DNA from: Nitrosopumilus sp.
GTDB taxonomy: Archaea > Thermoproteota > Nitrososphaeria > Nitrososphaerales > Nitrosopumilaceae
Length of the DNA stretch: 64,000 bases
NCBI GenBank assembly: GCA_965205215.1
Contig: OZ242041.1
Span: forward strand, 192,001-256,000
Direction of reading: 5' to 3'
In this document: piece by piece, positions 20,305 to 30,236 of the stretch
How the letters are laid out: every line of letters begins with the position of its first letter
How positions within the stretch are numbered: position 1 is the stretch's first letter
Translations under genes and position numbers: made by a program
Notes under the pieces: model-generated
The model's database searches: none
Seen by the model: only the letters and a program-made list of their open reading frames with translations
What the model was told of the DNA's origin: nothing

Positions 20305-20820
20305 GTGGCAGAAAAGTACGAGGATCCGTTTGTAAAGATCGCGGCCATACTTGGAGGTGACGAGTACCTCAAGGTCGCCATATCCCTGCTAAAGTCCGAG
20401 GACGCCACCGACGAGGAGATTGCAAGCTCCACCGGATTGAGGATAAACATGGTGCGCAAGGTGCTCTACGACCTCTTTGGCAAGTCGCTGATAACCGGGA
20501 TAAAGGTCAAGGACGAGCGCAAGGGGTGGTTCGTATACAGGTGGAGGACCAGGCGCGAGGAGGTGGAGCAGTTCATCGAAAAGCAGAAGAAGAAGATAAC
20601 CGAGCGCCTGCAGCAGAGACTCGAGTACGAGAACGCATCAGAGTTCTACCACTGCGGCAACGACGAGTGCCTCCGTGTGACGTTTGAGGACGCGCTCGAC
20701 GGCATGTTCAAGTGCCCGTCGTGCGGGAGCATACTGAACTTTAAGAACAACGACAGGCCGAAAAAGGCGTACGCCAAAAAGATAGACGAGATAAAGAACG
20801 ACATGCAGCAGGTCTTCTAG
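20305..20820 (+). CDS. tfe: Transcription factor E (TFE alpha)
   Basis: TDEEIA...G..IN.VRKVLY.L, GWF.Y.W, Zn ribbon C..C / FKCPSCG. Confidence 0.93.
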   Translation: MAEKYEDPFVKIAAILGGDEYLKVAISLLKSEDATDEEIASSTGLRINMVRKVLYDLFGKSLITGIKVKDERKGWFVYRWRTRREEVEQFIEKQKKKITERLQQRLEYENASEFYHCGNDECLRVTFEDALDGMFKCPSCGSILNFKNNDRPKKAYAKKIDEIKNDMQQVF

Positions 20821-20970
20821 GCGCCGCCGTCGTTGTCGTCGTCGTCACCACTGCCGCTACAAAAAAAACACGGACAATACTGCCAGACATGGGGCGCGGG
20901 GCGGGCTGCCACTAGGCATGGTTCCGAGGCACGCCATACGCATAAATACAAAGCACAAACGCACCATGAA

Positions 20971-21462
20971 ATGTCACAGGGCGCCGGCACCGTATCGTTT
21001 ACGGACATAATAAAGGAGAACACGTCGAGGATGCTCAGGGAGATGGAGCTCCAGTCGCCGACCCACTTTCAGATATACTCAGACATGTACAAAGAGTACC
21101 TGCACATGCTGGACAACGTGTTCGGCATGCTTTTGCTCTCAGAGCGGGAGCTCCTAGACAGGATGGCGGGCGGCGCCGACCCGGGCTTTCTGGACAGGTT
21201 CGGGCGCTCAGCGGACAGGACGACGGACCACGTGCTGGCGCAGCTTGACGGATACGGCGACATCCTGCAGTGGTACGCAAAGGCCCGCTCGCAGGGCATG
21301 AAGGCGTTTGACAGGTACATGCACTCCATGATAGGCGCATACTCCGAGGCCCTGAGGGGCGCTACGTGGTGGGCGGCAGTCTACGGGCCCGCATCAGATG
21401 CGGCGCCAGGTACGCCGGCATCATCATCACCGCCATCACAGTCGAACTACAGGGGAGCCTGA
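20971..21462 (+). CDS. All-helical hypothetical protein
   Basis: ATG at 20971 about 27 bp after ATAAATA; amphipathic helical pattern (P..FQ.YSD.YKEYLH); ends 2 bp before the next gene. Confidence 0.7.
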   Translation: MSQGAGTVSFTDIIKENTSRMLREMELQSPTHFQIYSDMYKEYLHMLDNVFGMLLLSERELLDRMAGGADPGFLDRFGRSADRTTDHVLAQLDGYGDILQWYAKARSQGMKAFDRYMHSMIGAYSEALRGATWWAAVYGPASDAAPGTPASSSPPSQSNYRGA

Positions 21463-21464
21463 AG

Positions 21465-22892
21465 ATGCAGGGCGCCGAATTCAGCACCACCAACCCCGCC
21501 ACCGGCAGGGCCATAGACACCTATGCCGCGATGACGGGGCCTCAGGTCGCGGAGATAGTGGGCAGGGCGCAGCGCGTCTTTCCCGAATGGAAGAGGGACT
21601 ACGAGAGGAGGCGCGGGTACGTATACAATCTGGTCGAGTACCTGAGGAGCCACAAGGAGAAGCTGGCAAGGGTGGCCACGGCCGAGATGGGCAAGGTCAT
21701 AAAGGAGTCCATAGGGGAGATTGAAAAGTGCGCGTGGGTCCTCGAGTTTTACGCGGACCACGGAGACAGCTTCCTTTCCAACGAGGTGCTCACCACGGAC
21801 GCCAGAAAGAGCTTTGTCACGTTCGAGCCGCTCGGGACCATCGGATCCATAATGCCGTGGAACTTTCCGTACTGGCAGGCGCTCAGGTTCGCCGCCCCCT
21901 GCCTGATGGCCGGAAACGTCATCGTAATGAAGCCAGCAAGCATCACGCCGCAGTCCGGCATAGAGATAGAGACCGCGTTCAGGGAGTCGGGCGTGCCTGA
22001 CGGCGTGTTCCAATGCGTGATAGGAAGCACGGAGACGGCAAACCACCTGATAGACTCTGAAGGCGTCAACGCCGTCACGTTCACAGGGAGCGCGGTCGCG
22101 GGCGCCAAGGTGGGACAGAGGGCGGCCGCCGGACTCAAAAAGTGCGTGCTCGAGCTGGGCGGAAGCGACCCGTTTGTAGTGCTTGACGACGCGATGATCG
22201 ACGACGCGGCACAGGGGGCCGTAAAGGGTAGGTTCATCAACTGCGGCCAGAGCTGCGTGGCCTCAAAGAGGTTCTTTGTCCAGAAGGGAGTGGCAGAGGA
22301 GTTTATAGAAAAGTTCCTGAGCATGGCATCGAAGCTCGTGGTGGGCGATCCCATGAACATGGACACCGACCTGGGCCCCGTCTCAAGCAAGGCAGGGCTG
22401 GAGTCGATATCAGAGATGGTGGAGGACGCCAAGGCAAAGGGGGCAAACATACTGCTCGGGGGCGAAACGTGCGGAGATGGCGACGCTGCAGACGATGAAT
22501 CGGGCGGCGGGTACTTTTACAAGCCGACCGTGATATCCGGCGTCACCCAGGACATGATGATCGCAAGGGAGGAGACGTTTGGCCCAGTTGCGCCCATCAC
22601 CATAGTGGAGAACGAGGGCGAGGCAGTCAGGCTGGCAAACGACTCCGAGTACGGGCTTGGCGCCAGCATATGGACTAGGGACCTCTCAAAGGCAGAAAAG
22701 ATCTCCCACAGGATCGAGTCGGGAATAGTGAGCGTCAACAATGTGGTGGTGTCCGACCCGCGCGTGCCGTTTGGCGGCATAAAGCACAGCGGCTTTGGGC
22801 GGGAGCTCTCCAGGTACGGGATGCTCGAGTTTGTAAATGTAAAGTCAGTCAGGTTTTACGACAACCTGACGCAGCAGCACTATGTCGAGTGA
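21465..22892 (+). CDS. NAD(P)-dependent aldehyde dehydrogenase (succinate-semialdehyde dehydrogenase-like)
   Basis: IMPWNFP, FTGS, LELGGSDP, NCGQSC, EETFGPV, PFGGIKHSGFGRE. Confidence 0.93.
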   Translation: MQGAEFSTTNPATGRAIDTYAAMTGPQVAEIVGRAQRVFPEWKRDYERRRGYVYNLVEYLRSHKEKLARVATAEMGKVIKESIGEIEKCAWVLEFYADHGDSFLSNEVLTTDARKSFVTFEPLGTIGSIMPWNFPYWQALRFAAPCLMAGNVIVMKPASITPQSGIEIETAFRESGVPDGVFQCVIGSTETANHLIDSEGVNAVTFTGSAVAGAKVGQRAAAGLKKCVLELGGSDPFVVLDDAMIDDAAQGAVKGRFINCGQSCVASKRFFVQKGVAEEFIEKFLSMASKLVVGDPMNMDTDLGPVSSKAGLESISEMVEDAKAKGANILLGGETCGDGDAADDESGGGYFYKPTVISGVTQDMMIAREETFGPVAPITIVENEGEAVRLANDSEYGLGASIWTRDLSKAEKISHRIESGIVSVNNVVVSDPRVPFGGIKHSGFGRELSRYGMLEFVNVKSVRFYDNLTQQHYVE

Positions 22893-22979
22893 CCCGGTAA
22901 ACAGCCCCGGCATTCTGCAATCCAAGTCCGTAAAGTATTTGCGCAGCCGCCTTTGGCGCGCCTGCCGGCGCGGCGACAG

Positions 22980-23540
22980 TCATTGATGGCTGCGCCCAGA
23001 GGCGCCCCGCTCAAGATCGTCGGCCAGCCTCTCATAGTGGAGCCTGTCCTTGCCTACCGCGTCCAGCTGCTCTCCCTCTATGCGGCCAAGCTCGCCGTCT
23101 ACTTTTTCAGAGACGTACTGCAGGCGGGCGTCGGCCATGACAAACAGCCTGTTGTTCTCCTTCCACAGGTGCTCCGTGATGTGCTCCACGTACTCCTTCA
23201 TGTCCCGTACCAGCCCTGACGGGTCGCCGGACTCCAGATATGCGCGGGCAGACACCTCCATGCTCTGCCCGATCTCTCGCGAGCGCTGGTGGTCTGCCAG
23301 CATTACGGCGATGGGCCCCATGTTGGTCGGCATGCCGGCGTCTGCAAGGGCGGGAAATAACGACTTTTCTTCCTTTGTGTGGTGGCACACGTCCGTAAAG
23401 TTCTTTGTAAAGTCGACCACCTGCATCAGGACGGACTCGGGAACCTGCTTGCCGCCCTGCAGCACCTCTATGGTGGTGCCCATGGCCTTTGTCACCTTTT
23501 CGATGAGGTCGTGGTCTCGGCGCAGCGACGCAGTCGGCAT
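22980..23540 (-). CDS. Hemerythrin/HHE cation-binding domain protein
   Basis: H..I, HHTKEEKSLFP, MLADH, HITEHLWKENNRLF. Confidence 0.9.
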   Translation of the reverse strand: MPTASLRRDHDLIEKVTKAMGTTIEVLQGGKQVPESVLMQVVDFTKNFTDVCHHTKEEKSLFPALADAGMPTNMGPIAVMLADHQRSREIGQSMEVSARAYLESGDPSGLVRDMKEYVEHITEHLWKENNRLFVMADARLQYVSEKVDGELGRIEGEQLDAVGKDRLHYERLADDLERGASGRSHQ

Positions 23541-23609
23541 GTACGGACGGACGCAGGATACAGGGGTTATATCTCTTCACGGCCACACGGTGCCGCAACC
23601 TGACGGCAG

Positions 23610-24413
23610 TCAGGTGCGGGAGCCTGCGCGACGCGGCCTCCTAATGCTGCCGCCGCCGTTGCTGGTGCTGCTGCTGCTGCCGTTGTCACCATCCCACGCG
23701 CCAACGTCATAGGACAATATGACGTGATCACCAAGGCGCCTTGCAGACCTCAGCGACAGCTTGGGCGAGTCCGGCACGCTTGGGAACCCGGGGCCCTCCA
23801 CGAGCGAGACGGCGCCGCGCAACCCGCCCCCCAGCACGTAGGGGGATACGGCCACTACAATCTCGTCGACCAGGTTCCTGCGGAGAAATTCCCAGTTGGT
23901 GGTGCCGCCGCCCTCCACCAGAACGGATCTGATCCCGTCTTTTGCCAGACGGCTCAAGAGCCGCCGCACGTCGACTGCCTTTCGTCCCATCGTCACAACC
24001 TCCGCGCCCGTCCGCCGCAGAGCCAGGATGCGCCGCTCGGGCGCCGTTCCGGACACCACGATTATCGTTCTGGTCCCGGGGCTTGTCGATACCACCTTCG
24101 AGGCGGGCGGGGTTCTCGCCATAGAGTCCAGTACGATCCGGGTGGGCTGACTGGCGGTGGCGGCGGCGCCTTCGCCCCCCTTGCGCCCCGCGCGGGCATG
24201 CCGCACGGTAAGCAGCGGATCGTCGGAGAGGACCGTGTTGACCCCCACCAGTATCGCGTCGCATCTGGCCCTGAGCCTATGCACCCTTGACACGTCAGGT
24301 TCGGAGGAGAGCCTGGCGGGCGCGCGGGCGCGAGAACGCGGGCCGCGGCGGCCCCCCGCAAGCGAGATCTTGCCGTCCACCGATACGGCCGCGCTGAGGA
24401 TGACGCGGGGCAT
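23610..24413 (-). CDS. arfC: 2,5-diamino-6-ribosylamino-4(3H)-pyrimidinone 5'-phosphate reductase (RibD C-terminal/ArfC)
   Basis: SVDGKI, VHRLRA..DAILVG..TV..DDP.LTVR, VLVEGGG; located in the rib operon. Confidence 0.9.
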   Translation of the reverse strand: MPRVILSAAVSVDGKISLAGGRRGPRSRARAPARLSSEPDVSRVHRLRARCDAILVGVNTVLSDDPLLTVRHARAGRKGGEGAAATASQPTRIVLDSMARTPPASKVVSTSPGTRTIIVVSGTAPERRILALRRTGAEVVTMGRKAVDVRRLLSRLAKDGIRSVLVEGGGTTNWEFLRRNLVDEIVVAVSPYVLGGGLRGAVSLVEGPGFPSVPDSPKLSLRSARRLGDHVILSYDVGAWDGDNGSSSSTSNGGGSIRRPRRAGSRT

Positions 24414-24456
24414 GGCCGGTCGGTTGCTGCTGCTGCTGTTATTGTTTTTGTTGCGC

Positions 24457-25707
24457 CTAGTCAAGCGAGCCATGCACCATCCTGCCCCCTATCATCACGG
24501 CCCTTATTGACGATGCCGACGCCCTGTGGACAACCGCCGCATGGGGATTGTGCACCGGTTCCAGATCGATTGCGTGCTTGTCCAGAAAGACGCAGTCGGC
24601 GAGCATGCCGGGCGCGACCTGCCCTATCCTTCTGCCCAGTATCATGCCGGCGTTCACGGTCGCCATCCGCAGTATCTCGGCGGGATCCACCCGTTCCCTG
24701 TCCATGCCCATGGCCGCCTTCCACGTGTAGTCCATCTCCCTGAACATGTCAGGTGTATTGACCATGACGTTGTCGGTGCCGAGCGCCAGCCTGCGGTTCG
24801 ACAGGCGCCTCATGGACGTGATGTCCGGCATCCCCTCTGCCAGGGCGGCGTTGGCCCTCGGGCACACCACAATGCCCCTCACGTCGGGAGAGTCTGCGAC
24901 TGCCGCCAGATCGCCCTTTGACGCATGGGTCATGTGCACCAGAAAATGAGGCCGGAGCCCCAAGGCCCTGGCGGTCTCAGAGGCGCCGGTCATCTGCTCC
25001 GAGCGGGATACACTTTCCGCGGTTTCTGACGCGTGTATGGCGCGCAGCGCGTCGCACTTGGAGTATCGTTCAAGCATGGCATCACTGTTCTCGTTTGCCC
25101 CGCTGACGCCCAGCCCGTCGCAGCGCCGCATGACATCGCCCAGCTCGCCCTCGCCGGATACCGAGAGCGGTGCGTTGCGGCGTATGCCATCCTCGTCGCT
25201 GTAATGGTTCGTGCGGCCCATTATGACGCAGCGTATAGGAACCCTTGAGAGGGCCCTTCTGAGCAGCGCGACTCCCTCAGCACCGCCCTCCCTAAAGTCC
25301 ACAAAGGTTGTTGTCCCACTCCGAACCATCGAGGAGCACGAGTTTGCCATGAAATCTACCAGTACGTCAGGGGGGGTCTCCGAGAGTATCTTGGACTTTA
25401 GCCCGAACACGGGGTGTATCTTGTAGTCCACCGTCCCCTCGAGCCGGGCATCCTTTCCCACGGAATCTCCGACGTGGGTGTGGCAGTTCACCAGTCCCGG
25501 GATTACAAGAAGCCCGGTGCAGTCATGGGTCGAGGGAGCCGCATCCGCGTCGCCGGCATCGCGGCCCGGATCCTGCCGCGGCCTGCTACCGGCAGGCCCC
25601 ACGTATTCAAACGTGTCATTTGAAACTGCAATGTCGGCGTCCCGCACGTACCTGAGCTCGGGGCCCGCCAAGACCGACGCGTTCTTGAACAGACGTGTGT
25701 GTGCCAT
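24457..25707 (-). CDS. Metal-dependent amidohydrolase/deaminase
   Basis: PGLVNCHTH, IHASE (HxxE), VH, LGTDN. Confidence 0.88.
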   Translation of the reverse strand: MAHTRLFKNASVLAGPELRYVRDADIAVSNDTFEYVGPAGSRPRQDPGRDAGDADAAPSTHDCTGLLVIPGLVNCHTHVGDSVGKDARLEGTVDYKIHPVFGLKSKILSETPPDVLVDFMANSCSSMVRSGTTTFVDFREGGAEGVALLRRALSRVPIRCVIMGRTNHYSDEDGIRRNAPLSVSGEGELGDVMRRCDGLGVSGANENSDAMLERYSKCDALRAIHASETAESVSRSEQMTGASETARALGLRPHFLVHMTHASKGDLAAVADSPDVRGIVVCPRANAALAEGMPDITSMRRLSNRRLALGTDNVMVNTPDMFREMDYTWKAAMGMDRERVDPAEILRMATVNAGMILGRRIGQVAPGMLADCVFLDKHAIDLEPVHNPHAAVVHRASASSIRAVMIGGRMVHGSLD

Positions 25708-25763
25708 TCACATCACCGTCGTCGTTACCATCATCATCATCATCATAATCAGATACCCACGGG

Positions 25764-26594
25764 TCAGAGGCGCCGCCCGGTCGCGTGCTCGTACACGCGC
25801 GGCCACTCTCCCTCCGATCCTGCGCTGCTGCTGCTGCCACTCTCATCGCGCATCTTTCTTATCATGTCAAGCGACTCGGTCGCGCGCATGGCAGCCTCCC
25901 GTCCGTTTCTGCCGCTGCCTATTCCGCAGTTCAGGCGTATGCCGTCCTGCCGCTCCGCCGCGTCCACGAACCCTCGGCCGCCAGACTCCCTGGCCTCGTC
26001 TGAGCATATAATCATAAAGTTGTCCCCGCCCATGAAAAACGCAAGCGACTCGTATTCGCGGTAAAAGTATTCGGACATCTTGTGGTACAGCCCGAACATC
26101 AGAAGGGAGATCTCGTACGGGCTTGCGCCGCGTCGACGGAGGCCGCTCAGTTCGTCTATGTCCATGTGCATTATGCTTACGTCGTCGCCTGAATCCGATT
26201 GTGCCGCAGCATCCCCGCCGAATATCATGTCGGTGCGTTCGCCGTTGCCGCCGCCGTTGCGCGTACCGGCCGTACGCGTTGCGTCGGCGGCGGCCGCGTC
26301 GGCGGCGGCCGGCGTCCGGCCGCTCCCAATCGACATCCGCACGCGGATGTCGGCAAACTCTGCTGCCAGCGCATCCTGTATTGCGACGTGCCCGTCCACG
26401 GCAAGCCCGGAGCTGAGGGCGAACAGCTCATCGGCACGGTTTGCAAACACAAGGCAGTCGCGCTCAGAAAACAGACTCTGGACCCTGTTGTAAAGCCGCG
26501 ACTGGAGCATCTGGAGTTCGTGCTCCCTGTCGCTCCCAAGCGTGAGCGTCCACGGCCCGTACTCCTCAATCTTGAGGACGCTCAGCTGTACCAT
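25764..26594 (-). CDS. gch3: GTP cyclohydrolase III (IIa)
   Basis: YGPWTLTLGSDREHELQ, H.DID, FFMGGDNF, GIG; start taken at MVQLS. Confidence 0.9.
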   Translation of the reverse strand: MVQLSVLKIEEYGPWTLTLGSDREHELQMLQSRLYNRVQSLFSERDCLVFANRADELFALSSGLAVDGHVAIQDALAAEFADIRVRMSIGSGRTPAAADAAAADATRTAGTRNGGGNGERTDMIFGGDAAAQSDSGDDVSIMHMDIDELSGLRRRGASPYEISLLMFGLYHKMSEYFYREYESLAFFMGGDNFMIICSDEARESGGRGFVDAAERQDGIRLNCGIGSGRNGREAAMRATESLDMIRKMRDESGSSSSAGSEGEWPRVYEHATGRRL

Positions 26595-26679
26595 CTTGCC
26601 ACACCCCTCGTAGTTGCTGCCGCCGTCATTGTAGCCGTCATCGTAACCACCATCATAACTGTCATCGTAGCCGCACCAG

Positions 26680-27096
26680 TCACATGCGTATCTTTGCAAG
26701 CTCCCCGTCTATCTTCAGCAGCGCCTCCACGGCGCGTTCCGCGACGGGCCTGATCCGCGCAAACGCGTGCCTCTCCTGCATGCCGGGCCCCGTCACGCCG
26801 AGCGACACGGGCTTGCCGTGCTTCACGGAGAGGTCTGCAAGGGCGCGCGTGGTGGAGTGGGCTATGACCTCGTCATGCTTGGTCTGCCCCTTTATTACGG
26901 CCCCAATCGCCGCCACCCCGTCCACGTCGTCCCGGCGCAGCAGCGCGTCGGCCACCACGGGCATGTCAAACACGCCCGGCACCCAGGCGGTGTGCACTAT
27001 CTCAAGGTTCAGGGCAGCGGCCCTCTCCTTTGCCACCTCGTACATCCGAGACGTCACGTCATAGTTGAACTCGGCCACTACGATTGATATCCTCAA
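26680..27096 (-). CDS. ribH: 6,7-dimethyl-8-ribityllumazine synthase
   Basis: IVVAEFN, VPGVFDMP, GAVIKGQTKHD, KPVSLGVTGPG. Confidence 0.95.
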   Translation of the reverse strand: MRISIVVAEFNYDVTSRMYEVAKERAAALNLEIVHTAWVPGVFDMPVVADALLRRDDVDGVAAIGAVIKGQTKHDEVIAHSTTRALADLSVKHGKPVSLGVTGPGMQERHAFARIRPVAERAVEALLKIDGELAKIRM

Positions 27097-27098
27097 TT

Positions 27099-27773
27099 TC
27101 AGTGCACCCTGGCATATTCGGCCAATTCCCTGCCGTCGACAAGCGGCATGCCGTGCTGCGCGGCGAACCTGGATGCCTTGTCAACTGACAGCGCCGCGTA
27201 CGTCTGCGCGTCCATCATCTCGCACATTGCCATTACGGGCCGGAGTCCGGCGGCCTTTGCCAGATAGATTGACATCTCGGTGTGCCCCTGGCGCTCCTCC
27301 AGCAGGTTCTTTGACGCGATAAGCAACGGGACGTGCCCCGGCGTCCGGAACGACTTTGCAAACGCCCCCGCCATGTCGTCGGCGTCGTACACGCGCGCAA
27401 TGTCCGATATGGTGGCGGAGCGGTCCCTGTCGGTTATGCCGGTGTACGTGCGCCTGGAGTTTACCGATATCGAGAACGTGGAGCGGTCCCCGTACGGGGC
27501 GAGCCCCATTATCATGGACTTGTCGCATGCGGCGGCCCCCGAATCGGCCAGTATGTCGTGCATGTACCGTATCCCGACTGAGCGGGCAAACTCGTGGTCC
27601 ACCGCGACGCACAGCAGTCCGCCGGCGCGCTGCCGCATCCTTGCCACGTGCTCCGGGCTTGCCGTCCCGGCGTACGCCACCATGTCGACCTCGTCCTCCC
27701 TGCCCTCCGAGTCGTGCAGCAGTACGAACTCGCCGCGCCTCAGGGATGCGAGCGCGTCATCAAGGGATGCCAT
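27099..27773 (-). CDS. ribB: 3,4-dihydroxy-2-butanone 4-phosphate synthase
   Basis: D..GREDE.D, TGITDRDR, F..PGHV, RQGHTE, CEM. Confidence 0.95.
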   Translation of the reverse strand: MASLDDALASLRRGEFVLLHDSEGREDEVDMVAYAGTASPEHVARMRQRAGGLLCVAVDHEFARSVGIRYMHDILADSGAAACDKSMIMGLAPYGDRSTFSISVNSRRTYTGITDRDRSATISDIARVYDADDMAGAFAKSFRTPGHVPLLIASKNLLEERQGHTEMSIYLAKAAGLRPVMAMCEMMDAQTYAALSVDKASRFAAQHGMPLVDGRELAEYARVH

Positions 27774-27847
27774 GCGGGGAATCCGCATGATCCGACTATA
27801 AAGCTTACCAACATATTGGTAATTACCCACATGTGGGTTATGACCGG

Positions 27848-28432
27848 TCAGTCCAGGATGTACTTGCCCAGCACGTCGGTCTCGATATTTAGCTTGTCAC
27901 CCGCCTTCTTGGCAGACAGGTTTGTCACCTGCACCGTATGCGGTATGAGCGAGACTGAGGCGGTGCGGTCCCTGACTGACACTATGGTCAGGCTTATGCC
28001 GTCAAGCGCGACGGAGCCCTTCTTCACCACGTACTTGGCAAGGCGCTTTGGTATGCGGAACCACATGCGCACCTCGCCGGGCTTTTTCTGCATCTTGGTG
28101 ATGGTGGCCCTGCCGTCGACGTGCCCTAGCACAAAGTGCCCCTCGAGCCTGTCGCCCACCTTGAGGCTGCGCTCCACGTTTATGATGCTGCCCGCCTTCA
28201 GGCCCCCGAGGCTGGTCTTCTTGATCGTCTCCTCTACAAGCTCAAAGGTGCACTCGGAGCCGTCTATGGCCACGGCCGTGAGGCACACGCCGTTGAGAGC
28301 CACGCTCTGCCCCTCCTTCAGTCCCCTGGGTTTCTTCTGCAGGTCCACCACGAGCTTGGCCGCGCTCCGGCCGGACGTGCTCGCGGTGATGCTCTTGACC
28401 AGGCCGGTATTCTCTATGATTCCAGTGAACAT
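27848..28432 (-). CDS. Riboflavin synthase, bacterial-type alpha chain
   Basis: MFTGII, SVALNGVCLT, NVERSL, GHFVLGHVDG, KGSVALDGISLT, NIETD. Confidence 0.95.
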   Translation of the reverse strand: MFTGIIENTGLVKSITASTSGRSAAKLVVDLQKKPRGLKEGQSVALNGVCLTAVAIDGSECTFELVEETIKKTSLGGLKAGSIINVERSLKVGDRLEGHFVLGHVDGRATITKMQKKPGEVRMWFRIPKRLAKYVVKKGSVALDGISLTIVSVRDRTASVSLIPHTVQVTNLSAKKAGDKLNIETDVLGKYILD

Positions 28433-28515
28433 TTTGGTGACGTGTATGCGGCGGGGGCAAATATAATCAAAGTGACGCCGGCGCACGCGGAGCGTCTTGT
28501 GGTGCCGTCACGCCG

Positions 28516-29232
28516 TCAGGTGTCGCCTGACGTCATCTCAGAGTACTCTTTGTCGCAGAACTGGTGGAACACGGAGCAGTTGCTGTTTTTCGCGTCAGAT
28601 ATTATGCGCGCCATGTCTCCGTCCCGCACGCCCTGGGCCGCCAGAAACGCCTCGTCGTCCCTTCCCAGCTTGGAGAAGATCCGGGAGCGGGCGGCAGAGA
28701 CGTCCCTTGCAACCTGCTTGTCCACCCTTCCACCTGCCGCGTCATACAGCCGCAGGGCGTCCACGTACCTGCCAAGGTACGTCATAGAGAGCGCCTTGTT
28801 GAGCAGGGCCGTCACGTCACCCGGCGACGCCTCAAGGGCCCTGTCGTAGTACGGGAGGGACTCTGCGTGCCGGCCCGTCCGGGTGAGCGCAAGCGCGACC
28901 CCCGTAAGCGCCGTCACGTCGCCGGGGTTTGACTGCAGCATCTGCTTGCACGTGTCGATCGCCTCATCGTGCATATCAAGGGCCTCGAGCGCGGACAGCC
29001 TGTTTCTGAGCGCATACTCGTCGTACGGCCTCAGCTTTAGCACCCTGTCACAGTACGACAGGGCCTCCCCGTGGCGCCCCATGCATATGAGCGCGAGCGC
29101 GATGTTCTGCAGGGCGGTCATGTCATCCGGGTCTCGTGCGAGCATCTGCTTGCAATAGTCGTGCATCTTCTCGTACCGGCCCGCGTCAAACATGGACCTT
29201 ATCACGTTTGAGGGGTCGAGCAGGTTTACCAT
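28516..29232 (-). CDS. TPR-repeat protein
   Basis: About five repeats of AL..G...EA..YD.AL...P.D..AL. Confidence 0.85.
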   Translation of the reverse strand: MVNLLDPSNVIRSMFDAGRYEKMHDYCKQMLARDPDDMTALQNIALALICMGRHGEALSYCDRVLKLRPYDEYALRNRLSALEALDMHDEAIDTCKQMLQSNPGDVTALTGVALALTRTGRHAESLPYYDRALEASPGDVTALLNKALSMTYLGRYVDALRLYDAAGGRVDKQVARDVSAARSRIFSKLGRDDEAFLAAQGVRDGDMARIISDAKNSNCSVFHQFCDKEYSEMTSGDT

Positions 29233-29342
29233 CTGTCACACAAGGGGCGTGTCAAATTAACATGTTGTTGTTGTTGGAGACGTATGTCGTCCAACCTCCC
29301 GTGACGCCGCCCATGTAACGACGATGGTGGAAAGGCGCATGC

Positions 29343-30230
29343 TCAGCCGGCGGGATCCGCGGCCAGGTCGAGGACCGCCCTGGCCTGCTTGTAGTGGACC
29401 TCGTCGATCATCCGCCCCTCCACCGCGGTGGCTCCCCTGCCCTTTGCTGCAGACTTTGCGTACGCGTCGGCGACCTTGCGCGCCCAGTCCACCTCCGACC
29501 TCGTGGGGTGGAACACCCTGTGCACCGTGTCGATCTGATCCGGATGGATCACGCTCTTGCCGGCGAATCCAAGCGACCTGCCAAGCATGCAGTCGCGCTC
29601 AAGCCCCTTGGCGTCCTTGAGGTTCTGCCATATGCCGTCGATCGCGGGCACGCCTGCCGCCCTCGCGTCAAGCGCCACCCTTGCGCGCGCGTACCTGGCG
29701 GCGTCCGACTGCGCCGTATACTCTATCCCCATGTCGGCAAGCAGGTCAAAGACCCCGAATATCACGCAGTCTATCCTGGAATGCCTGCTGCTGCCACCGG
29801 ACGAGGCAATCTCGTACGCCTTTACCACGCCCTCGGCCGACTCGATTGACGGCATCACGCCGACCGGCCCCAGGCGGCGGCGGCGCTCCAGGTCCTCCAG
29901 CACCTTTACTATTCTCTTGAGCTGGGCCTTGTTGTCCAGCTTTGGGATCACTACGCCGTCTATCCCGCGTCGAACCACCTCCCCCAGGTCCGACGGTATG
30001 AGCCCGGAGGCGGGCGAGTTTGTCCGCACGTACACTGCGCCGGCCGCGTACGAGTCTCGGTCGCGGAGCGCCTGCCGTATCATCTGCCGGGCCTCCCTCT
30101 TCTGGACGTCCGGGACCGAGTCCTCGAGATCAAAGCAGACGATGTCGGCCCTCAGGCTCTTTGCCTTTTCAATAAACCTCGGGTTATTTCCAGGAACAAA
30201 GCAGAGACTGCGGAATAGCCGCGGCTGCAA
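29343..30230 (-). CDS. CitE/HpcH-family CoA-ester lyase
   Basis: RSLCFVPG, FDLEDSV, YVRTN, IESAEG, GFAGKSVIHPDQ, GRMID. Confidence 0.9.
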   Translation of the reverse strand: MQPRLFRSLCFVPGNNPRFIEKAKSLRADIVCFDLEDSVPDVQKREARQMIRQALRDRDSYAAGAVYVRTNSPASGLIPSDLGEVVRRGIDGVVIPKLDNKAQLKRIVKVLEDLERRRRLGPVGVMPSIESAEGVVKAYEIASSGGSSRHSRIDCVIFGVFDLLADMGIEYTAQSDAARYARARVALDARAAGVPAIDGIWQNLKDAKGLERDCMLGRSLGFAGKSVIHPDQIDTVHRVFHPTRSEVDWARKVADAYAKSAAKGRGATAVEGRMIDEVHYKQARAVLDLAADPAG

Positions 30231-30236
30231 CTGCGA

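Noticed and set aside
26595-26699. N-terminal YDDGY-repeat extension of GCH III
   Set aside because: Overlaps the ribH end and looks like a decayed 12-bp intergenic repeat; homolog-like sequence begins at 26594.
28433-28515. FMN riboswitch before the rib operon (and a cobalamin riboswitch before nrdJ)
   Set aside because: The rib leader is too short, and no RFN or B12-box consensus is visible in either region.
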